Made by a program: the position numbers and the translations under genes
Part shown: positions 57,237-64,000 of the stretch, in pieces
Layout: each line of letters starts with the position of its first letter
How positions within the stretch are numbered: the stretch's first letter is position 1
Assembly (NCBI GenBank): GCA_046756545.1
Contig: JBHHWM010000002.1
Span: 5,776 to 69,775, forward strand
Length of the DNA: 64,000 nucleotides
Source of the DNA: Rhodothermales bacterium
GTDB taxonomy: Bacteria > Bacteroidota > Rhodothermia > Rhodothermales > JBHHWM01
Reading direction: 5' to 3'
Notes under the pieces: generated by a model
Told to the model about the DNA's origin: nothing
What the model saw: the letters and a program-made list of their open reading frames with translations, nothing else
Databases searched by the model: none

Positions 57237-58742
57237 ATGAGTTGTGCGACCCTCCGAACTATTTTTTTCTGTGGCTGCCTGGTGGCATTCAGGGCCGGTG
57301 CGGCGAGCCGGGAGGCCGCCGCGCAGGAATCGGCCAGGGAGCAGTTGGCGGAACGCGGCGTTGCCGTTACCCCCGAAGCGTTCGTTGAGGCGGCGTTCGA
57401 GGGGGACCGTGCCGTCGTCGATCTGTTGTTGCTGGCAGGCATGGATCCCAATGCGTCCGGAGCGTCTTCGGAGAACGAGCGTCCCCCCGCCTTTTTTTCC
57501 GACAACGAAGGCGATGTCGTGCGGTCGGACGGCGCTACCGCGTTGATGGCGGCCTCTTTCGGTGGCCGGCCCGGCGTGGCGCAGCGGCTCCTGGAGGCCG
57601 GGGCCGATCCCAACAGGGCGACCACCCGAGGCGGCTACACCCCGCTCATGTTCGCCGCACGGGCCGGGCATGTCGAGGTCGTCGAGATACTCCTGGAAGC
57701 CGGGGCCGACCCCGGGACGCAGGAACGACTCTGGGACATTACGGCGCTGTTTATCGCGGTGCGTGCCGGGCATGTCGAGGTGGTCGAATCGTTGCTGGCA
57801 GCGGGCGACGACCTCGATAGCCGAGGGCACCGGGGCAGCACGTTGCTGTCGTTCGCCGCGATGGAAGGGCACGTCGACATGGTGGCTTTCCTGCTCCGGC
57901 TCGGAGCCGATCTTCGCGCCGTGGACGATTTCGGCAACACGGCCCTGATGGCCGCCGCCTACGGGGGGCACCGCCACGTCGTCGAGGTGTTGGTGGAGGC
58001 CGGGGTCGACCCGCTGAGCGGGACGAAGAGCACCAGCAAATATGCCGTCAATAACGTTACGCCGTTGATGGCTGCGTCGGCGGGCGGGCACCTCGCGGTC
58101 ATCGATCTGCTCCTCGACCTCGGAGCCGATCCGAACCGGCAGGACGCTAAAGGAAGGACGGCGTTGATCCACGCGGCTCGGCTCGGGAAGGCGGAAGCGG
58201 CACACCGGCTGGTGGCGGCAGGGGTGTCGTTGGACGGCCCGGATACGCGCGGCTTCACCGCCTTGCTCTATGCGGCGTCTTCCCGGTATAGCCAGATAGA
58301 GGTGATCGACGTGCTGCTGGCTGCCGGGGCCGATCCGAATGCCGTAAACGTCGAGGGACATACCGCCCTGCGGCGCGCCGCAATCGCCGGGCACGTCGAG
58401 ATCGGCAGGGCGTTGCTGGCCGCCGGGGCCGATCCCAACCTTGTGACGGACCAGGCAGAATCGCCGCTCGCGCAAGCGGCCTATGGGGGGCATGCGGCGT
58501 TCGTCGGGTTCTTGTTGGAGGCCGGGGCACATCCCGACCTGGGCATGGAGCAGATTGGCTGGACGCCCCTGATGGCCGCCGCCGACCAGGGCGCGGCGGA
58601 TGTCGTGCGCCTCTTGTTGGAAGCCGGGGCCGATCCGCACGTGCGCATGATCGATGGAACGACGGCCTACGATAGGGCCCTGGCTAACGGGCACCTGGAG
58701 GTGTTACGGTTGCTGGAAAAGGCCGGCGCGGAGGAGAAGTGA
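57237..58742 (+). CDS. Exported ankyrin-repeat protein (about 13 ANK repeats)
   Basis: The signal-like N-terminus is IFFCGCLVAFRAGAA. Regular 33-aa units follow, such as GYTPLMFAARAGHVEVVEILLEAGADPG, TALFIAVRAGHVEVVESLLAAGDDLD and WTPLMAAADQGAADVVRLLLEAGADPH. Confidence 0.9.
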   Translation: MSCATLRTIFFCGCLVAFRAGAASREAAAQESAREQLAERGVAVTPEAFVEAAFEGDRAVVDLLLLAGMDPNASGASSENERPPAFFSDNEGDVVRSDGATALMAASFGGRPGVAQRLLEAGADPNRATTRGGYTPLMFAARAGHVEVVEILLEAGADPGTQERLWDITALFIAVRAGHVEVVESLLAAGDDLDSRGHRGSTLLSFAAMEGHVDMVAFLLRLGADLRAVDDFGNTALMAAAYGGHRHVVEVLVEAGVDPLSGTKSTSKYAVNNVTPLMAASAGGHLAVIDLLLDLGADPNRQDAKGRTALIHAARLGKAEAAHRLVAAGVSLDGPDTRGFTALLYAASSRYSQIEVIDVLLAAGADPNAVNVEGHTALRRAAIAGHVEIGRALLAAGADPNLVTDQAESPLAQAAYGGHAAFVGFLLEAGAHPDLGMEQIGWTPLMAAADQGAADVVRLLLEAGADPHVRMIDGTTAYDRALANGHLEVLRLLEKAGAEEK

Positions 58743-58765
58743 AACGCTCTGCGAAACACGATGCC

Positions 58766-59680
58766 TCAGTTCAACGCAAGGGCTAACTGGTAGCGGGAGA
58801 ACCCTGCGAAAATCCCGAACCCGTTTTTGACATTCGTAAACACCTGAACCGGTTCGGCAAAAGGATTATCCCGCGCTTCTTGGTGCAACTCGTACGAGAG
58901 GGCGTAGTCGTAATAGGCTTTGCTGATGCCGTAGAGGTTGACGAAGAGGGTGCCTTCATCGCGCAAGAAGCTCTCTTCTATGTCCAGGTTGATTTCGTGG
59001 AGGCCGTCCGTGAGGAGGGCGTCGGTGAAGTAGACGTTCCCGAAACGATTCTCTTCGTTGATGTCGAAGAAGTCTTCGTTCTCGGCGGTGATGGCCGGAT
59101 CATCGGTACGGAACCGCACGCCGGAGAAGTTCGGTTCGCCCGTTCTCGGATCCTGGATGCGGCGATACGCATCCAGGCGGTAATAATTAGGCTGGTCGGG
59201 TGGATCGGCGATGCGAATCGTGACCTTGAGGTTGCCGGATCCGGCACTGCGGCTTTCCCGCTCGTGCGTGAACGTAACAGAGATCGGGCCGGGCACGGCG
59301 TCGGTGGCATCGACGCGGTCGTAGCCCGGTGCCGAGGCGCGCAGCGTATACGTTTTGCCTGTTTCCGGGCGGAGGCTGGCGGCGCGATAGAGTCCTTCCC
59401 CGACGTGGGGTAAGGTCGTCAGCACCCGGCCGTCTTCGATGATCTCCACTCGCGCATTATCGATAGACTGGATGGCGCTCTGTCCGTCCACCACGCTGCG
59501 TGCTTCGCCGAGGTGTACTTCCCAGACGTAGCCGGGGCGGAAGAAGCTGTTGACGGCGATCTTGGGAGGATGCCGGGGGAGGTCAACCTCCACCGTCGTT
59601 TCGCAGGCGCTCAAGAGCACGACGGCCGTCAGGGCAAGCAGCCCTGCTCTGGATGTTTGGATGTATGGGGCTGAGCGCAT
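58766..59680 (-). CDS. DUF4249-family lipoprotein (partner of the upstream TonB-dependent receptor)
   Basis: It has the lipobox VVLLSAC. The segment TVEVDLPRHPPKIAVNSFFRPG..WEVHL is typical of DUF4249. The gene lies 14 nt downstream of the receptor gene on the same strand. Confidence 0.6.
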   Translation of the reverse strand: MRSAPYIQTSRAGLLALTAVVLLSACETTVEVDLPRHPPKIAVNSFFRPGYVWEVHLGEARSVVDGQSAIQSIDNARVEIIEDGRVLTTLPHVGEGLYRAASLRPETGKTYTLRASAPGYDRVDATDAVPGPISVTFTHERESRSAGSGNLKVTIRIADPPDQPNYYRLDAYRRIQDPRTGEPNFSGVRFRTDDPAITAENEDFFDINEENRFGNVYFTDALLTDGLHEINLDIEESFLRDEGTLFVNLYGISKAYYDYALSYELHQEARDNPFAEPVQVFTNVKNGFGIFAGFSRYQLALALN

Positions 59681-59694
59681 AGCTAAGGGCGGCC

Positions 59695-62340
59695 CTAGAA
59701 GGTGCGGCGGTAGGTGATGTAGGGAATCGCGGGGAAAAGGCTGAACTGGTGAAGCTTTTCTTCCTTCTCATCCAGCGTCACAAAAAACGGGTTCCTGCGG
59801 TTGTAGGCATTATAGAGGCCCAGGCTGATGGTCCGCTCGCCGCTCCGTGTCGGCTTGTGAAAATGAATGCCGACGTCCAGACGGTGGCGCGCGCGCATGC
59901 GGAAATCGTTCCGCTGGCCGTAGGATTCGATGGTGCAGCCGAAGCATGCGTCGGCATCGACGTAGGGATGGACGTAATAGACGGTGGTCGGGAGCGTCAG
60001 GGCGCTGCCCGATAGATACACCCAGCTACCGGATATCTCGGTGCGCGGCGATACGTGGTGGATCAGCACCAGGGCGATGTTATGTCGCCGGTCGTACTTG
60101 AACGGAAAGATCCGGCCTCCGTTGAGGTTGTCAAAGCGGCGGTTGCTCCACGAGAGCGTGTAGCTCAGCCACCCCGTGGTGCGCCCCGCCTTCTTTTGCA
60201 CGAACAGTTCGGCTCCATAGGCATGCCCCTTGCCCGACTCGACCTTGTCCTGCCAGTTCTCGTCGAGCCCGAGGAAGTTGGATCCTCCCTTGAACTCGAT
60301 CAGGTTTGTCATGGCCTTGTAATAGCCTTCCAGGCTCACTTCGAATTGATTGTTCAGGACGGTGCGGGCCAGGCCGGCGGCTACGAGGTGCGACGATTGG
60401 GGCGGGACGCGCCGGGTAGCCGGGAGCCACAGGTCGGTCGGCAGTCCTACCGAACTGTTGGTGAGCAGGAGGATGTATTGCTTCATCGACGCATACGAGG
60501 CTTTCAACGCCCAGCCGTTGGGGAGCAGGTAGCGCAGCGACACGCGAGGCTGGAGCGATGAAAAGTGCCGGTTCGTGATGAGAAAGCCGGAAGCGTGGAG
60601 GCCCACGTTGACTTTCAGCCGGTCGTTGACCTTGATGTCGTCTTCGACAAAGGCGGCATATTCCAGGGCATCGAGGGGCTCCGCCGGCTCGATGGTGACG
60701 GGCGAGGCCTCACCGCTATCATCCAGGTTGACTTTGATTTGCGTGGCACCGGGACGAAACGTGTGAAAGAGTCCGTTCAGACCGAACCGTATGTAATGAT
60801 CCGGGTCGGGCCGGTAGTCGAAATCCACTTTGACGCCCCAATCGCGGATGCCGGATTGGTAGAGTAGCTTGAAGGCTTCGTCCACATTGCTTCCCTTTTG
60901 CTCGCTACCTACCTCGAACCGGAACCGGCTATACGTGGCCGTGACGTTGCTGAACAGTTTGTTGCTCCAGAGATGGTTCCACCGGATCGTGGAGGTGAGG
61001 TTGCCCCATTGCAGAAACGCCTTGTTGCGAAAATTGTCACGGCGTTCCAGGGCGGAAAACCGGTCGAGCCCGCGATAGACGCTGAAGTACACCCGGTCTG
61101 TGGGCGAGAGGAGGTGGTTTACCTTGGCATTGAGATCGTAGAAGAAGAAGCCGCCCCGTTCGTCTTTCGGCATAAAAGGCCGCATAATCGCGTCCAGGTA
61201 GGTTCGCCGCCCGGATATGATGAAGGAGGTTGTTTCCTTCTTGATCGGTCCTTCGATCATCAGGCGCGAGGCGACGAACCCGATAGCGCCCGCCCCGACG
61301 AACTCTCGCATGTTGCCTTCCTTCATGCCGATGTCGAGCACCGAGGAAAGGCGGCCTCCGTAGCGCGCGGGAAAGCCGCCTTTGATTATCTCTACGTGTT
61401 TGATAGCGTCGGCGTTGAACACCGAAAAAAAGCCGCCCAGGTGGGAGGCGTTGTAGACCGGTGCGCCGTCGAGCAGGATGAGCGTTTGATCGGGGCTGCC
61501 GCCACGCACGAACAGGCCGCTGGTGCCTTCCGTCCCCGACTGCACGCCCGGCAGCAGTTGCAACGTACGCAGCACGTCCACTTCGCCCAGGATCGTCGGG
61601 ACCGCTTTGATGTGCCGGACGGGAACGTCAATCGTGCTCATCCGGGTGCGCTCCTCGATGGGTTCCAGCCGGTCGGCGACCACCTCGATGCCTTCCGACA
61701 TGAGCGTGACGGGTTGAAGCCGGATATCGAGGCGGAGGTCTTTGTCGAGGAGCAGGCGGTAGGTCAGGGTTTCGTAGCCGAGATAGGACACCCGCAGCGT
61801 GACGGAATCGGTGGGCAGGGTGAGGCTGTAGAATCCGTAGGCGTTGGTGGCCGTGCCCGCATGGCGTAGGACCGCGTAGAGGTTCGCGCCGATCAGTTTC
61901 TCGCCGGATTCGGCGTCTTCCAGAAAACCGCTGATCGTATATCGGGGCGTGGCCTGTTGGCGGGCGCGGCGTGCCTGGCGGGTGGTGTCTGCCGGGGCCT
62001 CTTTGATGACGTAGGCTCCCGACGGCAATCGCTGGAACGCGAGGCCGCTCCGGGCGAGCAGGCAACGGAGCACATCTTCGAGGCCGGCCCGGCGAATCGT
62101 ACACCTCGATTCCTTGCCGGACACCAGCGCCGGGTCGTAGACCAGTTCGATGCGGGTCGCCTCCAGGAGGCGTTGCAGCGCGTCGGTGAGGAGAGTGCCC
62201 CGGAAGTCGAAGGTGTAGGGCGGCGTTTGCACCTGCGCACTATCGGCCTGCACCTGCGCCGACGCCGAAGATACGCCGAGCCCGGCCAGACACAACCAAC
62301 CGGCCAGAAAAACGACGGCGTATCTTCGGATTTGGCACAT
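59695..62340 (-). CDS. TonB-dependent receptor with N-terminal STN domain and carboxypeptidase-regulatory-like domain
   Basis: The STN-like part is FDFRGTLLTDALQRLLEATRIELVYDPALV...LEDVLRCLLARSGLAFQRLPSGAYVI. The CarbopepD_reg part is ISGFLEDAESGEKLIGANLY...GFYSLTL. The plug is LQLLPGVQSG...LFVRGGSPDQTLILLDGAPVYN. The C-terminus is PYITYRRTF. Confidence 0.9.
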   Translation of the reverse strand: MCQIRRYAVVFLAGWLCLAGLGVSSASAQVQADSAQVQTPPYTFDFRGTLLTDALQRLLEATRIELVYDPALVSGKESRCTIRRAGLEDVLRCLLARSGLAFQRLPSGAYVIKEAPADTTRQARRARQQATPRYTISGFLEDAESGEKLIGANLYAVLRHAGTATNAYGFYSLTLPTDSVTLRVSYLGYETLTYRLLLDKDLRLDIRLQPVTLMSEGIEVVADRLEPIEERTRMSTIDVPVRHIKAVPTILGEVDVLRTLQLLPGVQSGTEGTSGLFVRGGSPDQTLILLDGAPVYNASHLGGFFSVFNADAIKHVEIIKGGFPARYGGRLSSVLDIGMKEGNMREFVGAGAIGFVASRLMIEGPIKKETTSFIISGRRTYLDAIMRPFMPKDERGGFFFYDLNAKVNHLLSPTDRVYFSVYRGLDRFSALERRDNFRNKAFLQWGNLTSTIRWNHLWSNKLFSNVTATYSRFRFEVGSEQKGSNVDEAFKLLYQSGIRDWGVKVDFDYRPDPDHYIRFGLNGLFHTFRPGATQIKVNLDDSGEASPVTIEPAEPLDALEYAAFVEDDIKVNDRLKVNVGLHASGFLITNRHFSSLQPRVSLRYLLPNGWALKASYASMKQYILLLTNSSVGLPTDLWLPATRRVPPQSSHLVAAGLARTVLNNQFEVSLEGYYKAMTNLIEFKGGSNFLGLDENWQDKVESGKGHAYGAELFVQKKAGRTTGWLSYTLSWSNRRFDNLNGGRIFPFKYDRRHNIALVLIHHVSPRTEISGSWVYLSGSALTLPTTVYYVHPYVDADACFGCTIESYGQRNDFRMRARHRLDVGIHFHKPTRSGERTISLGLYNAYNRRNPFFVTLDEKEEKLHQFSLFPAIPYITYRRTF

Positions 62341-62614
62341 CCTTCCTGTATGTGTTGGGGCGAAACAGGACCGGTGTACGATAGTTTTTTCTATTCGTGA
62401 CAGTAGCCCTGGTTACATCGCCGCTCGGTGGCTTTCCCTGGTTCCATCCGTACTACACACCCGGGCGGAGGGAGGTACCAAGGGGGCATGTAGAAGCGTA
62501 CTCCCGGTTGATTGTCTACGTGGTATATCGGAATTTATCTGCGTGCTGTTCGGGTAAGGATATGTTAGCTCTCGATGGGAGAACCGTTATCCCACACTCA
62601 ACTCGGTGCGCGTC

Positions 62615-62929
62615 ATGCCCCGTTTTGCGGTTCTGCTTCATGGTACGCATTTCTTCTTCGACCTCGGAGACGGTCCCACCGCGTCCGGGTTCTATGTCCA
62701 GAGAATCGTCGAGGCTCGTGACGCTGCCGAGGCCGAGACCCGCGCCGTCGAGCGGTTGCGGCGCGATGCGACGCTCATCAAGATGACGCTGAACCAGCCG
62801 TCGGATCCCCCCATGGTGTATGCCGAGGAGATCCGAGAACTGACGGAGGAAGATGGGTTGGATCAGGAGACGGGGTTCGCGTTCTACACCGGAGATGCCG
62901 AGGAGGCATCGGGCGAGGGGGCGGTCTAA
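62615..62929 (+). CDS. Hypothetical small acidic protein
   Basis: The ORF starts MPRFAVLLHGTHFFFDLGDG.. and has normal composition. I recognise no family. The ORF-track start at 62606 is a GTG and the first ATG is at 62615. Confidence 0.35.
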   Translation: MPRFAVLLHGTHFFFDLGDGPTASGFYVQRIVEARDAAEAETRAVERLRRDATLIKMTLNQPSDPPMVYAEEIRELTEEDGLDQETGFAFYTGDAEEASGEGAV

Positions 62930-63058
62930 ACACGCATGGCAGGCGGCGCGACGGTTTTGGCTTGCCGGTGCGCGGTGGTCTCCATAGCTTGCCTGAAACG
63001 TGGCCCGCCACGCCTGGAACCCACGCCGTCAGGAAGCAGAAATCCACCGGTTTCTATT

Positions 63059-64000
63059 ATGAAAGTAGCCTCTCGTTGTACGTTCGCAGCCCTCGCCATC
63101 ATCCTGGCCTTGCCGTGGGGTGCCGCCGCCCAGAGCCGGACGTTCGGGCAGGAGCCGGATTTTCTGCTCGGCCTGAGGACGGACCGCTCTGCGTCGCTCA
63201 CGTTCGCGGATGTAGACGGCGATGGCGACCTCGATGTGATCGTGGCGAACGGCCGTCACTGGCCGCAGGCGAACGAGGTGTTCATCAACAATGGCGCGCC
63301 CGAAGACCGTGCCCACATTGCCCCCGGCGGAGGGTACGGACGGTTTACTCTGGGCTACACGCTCGGAGAGGAATGGACCACCAGCTACGCCGTGCCTGCA
63401 GGTGACATCGATGGCGACGGCGATCTGGATGTTGTGGTCGGCAACGACAGGGCACACAACCTGATCTACACGAACGACGGCACCGGCCGGTTTTTCTATG
63501 CCGGACGCCTGGCAGACGAAGCCGACCTCACCCGCGACGTGTTGCTGGCAGACCTGAACGGTGATGGGTGGATGGATGCGGCGGTAGCCAACCGGCGCGC
63601 AGAGAACGTCATCTACTTGAACGACGGGCAAGGAGGCTTCGGCGCAAGGAAGGTATTCGGTACGTCGGACGACTCGACGATCAAGCTGTCGCTTGGCGAC
63701 GTCGATGGCGACGGCGACCTGGACCTCGTTTTGGCGAACCGGGACGGCCAGGCCAACAGGGTCTACCTGAACGACGGGCACGCGGGGTACGACGAGGCCC
63801 GCCCGTTCGGCACCGGGAGCGATGCCACGCTGGCCACCGCCCTGGCAGACATGGATGGCGACGGGCACCTCGACATCGTCACTGCCAATGCCGGAGAGCC
63901 GAACGCCGTGTACTTCGGAGATGGAAGGGGCGGTTTCGACGCGGGCGTTCGGTTCGGGCGTCCGGATGGGCAAACCTTCTCGGTGGCCGTGGCGGATCTT
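63059..64000 (+). CDS. FG-GAP/VCBS-repeat (integrin-alpha-like beta-propeller) exported protein; the 3' end runs off the window
   Basis: It is absent from the ORF track because there is no stop in the window. My translation from the ATG at 63059 gives MKVASRCTFAALAIILALPWGAAAQ (signal peptide). Repeated DVDGDGDLDVIVAN, DIDGDGDLDVVVGN, DLNGDGWMDAAVAN, DVDGDGDLDLVLAN and DMDGDGHLDIVTAN motifs follow. The antisense ORF 63029-63973 is a shadow. Confidence 0.8.
   Translation, partial: MKVASRCTFAALAIILALPWGAAAQSRTFGQEPDFLLGLRTDRSASLTFADVDGDGDLDVIVANGRHWPQANEVFINNGAPEDRAHIAPGGGYGRFTLGYTLGEEWTTSYAVPAGDIDGDGDLDVVVGNDRAHNLIYTNDGTGRFFYAGRLADEADLTRDVLLADLNGDGWMDAAVANRRAENVIYLNDGQGGFGARKVFGTSDDSTIKLSLGDVDGDGDLDLVLANRDGQANRVYLNDGHAGYDEARPFGTGSDATLATALADMDGDGHLDIVTANAGEPNAVYFGDGRGGFDAGVRFGRPDGQTFSVAVADL

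Noticed and set aside
54216-58694. Minus-strand ORFs of 462 aa (54216-55604), 303 aa (55608-56519) and 714 aa (56550-58694)
   Set aside because: They are antisense to the well-supported FAD/Fe-S dehydrogenase and ankyrin genes. One even spans the intergenic gap between them. The composition is that of shadow ORFs.
62341-62600. Possible cobalamin riboswitch in the leader of the TonB-dependent receptor
   Set aside because: I read the minus-strand leader and did not find the B12-box or the GCCACUG / conserved GGGAA-GGUG core elements I remember. Only vague resemblances (AGGGAAAGCCACCG) are present. I retain it only as a long leader worth a covariance-model scan.
63029-63973. 314-aa minus-strand ORF at the right end
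   Set aside because: The plus-strand frame from 63059 encodes a signal peptide and regular DxDGDGxxD FG-GAP/VCBS repeats. It is missing from the ORF track only because it has no stop in the window.

Overview
This is a 64-kb chromosomal segment with high G+C, roughly 60-68% in most genes by eye. It is gene-dense, with about 55 protein-coding genes on both strands. I recognise no rRNA, tRNA, CRISPR array, transposase, integrase or prophage gene. I infer a Bacteroidota-type organism, probably Rhodothermales-like. The basis is two proteins with T9SS (Por) C-terminal sorting domains, a GWxTD protein, a TonB-dependent receptor paired with DUF4249, a DUF5916/CBM9-like outer-membrane protein and bshA, but I cannot confirm the taxon without a search. 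Most genes are housekeeping: nnr, gdh, moaB, yidD, hisI, hutF/hutG, pdxB, era, pdxJ, fsa, bshA, an aminotransferase and a YdiJ-like FAD/Fe-S dehydrogenase. Many long ORFs in the track are antisense or out-of-frame shadows typical of high-GC DNA, and I rejected them. I did not find anything I can defend as a clearly new system, only candidates. (1) An ECF sigma / zf-HC2 anti-sigma / two exported HEAT-repeat proteins / lipoprotein cluster at 22.5-27.8 kb. Its putative autoregulatory promoter motif, TGTAAAC-N17-TGTCT, recurs exactly upstream of the adjacent DUF5916 outer-membrane gene. (2) A translationally coupled HipA-like kinase + DUF3037 pair at 51.2-52.5 kb. (3) A low-GC islet of about 0.45 kb encoding an 8-Cys 77-aa protein, just downstream of a GAF-PP2C phosphatase. 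(4) A pilin-like / PilM-like / LamG-T9SS trio. All family assignments come from motifs read by eye in the supplied translations. No database search or computation was run.
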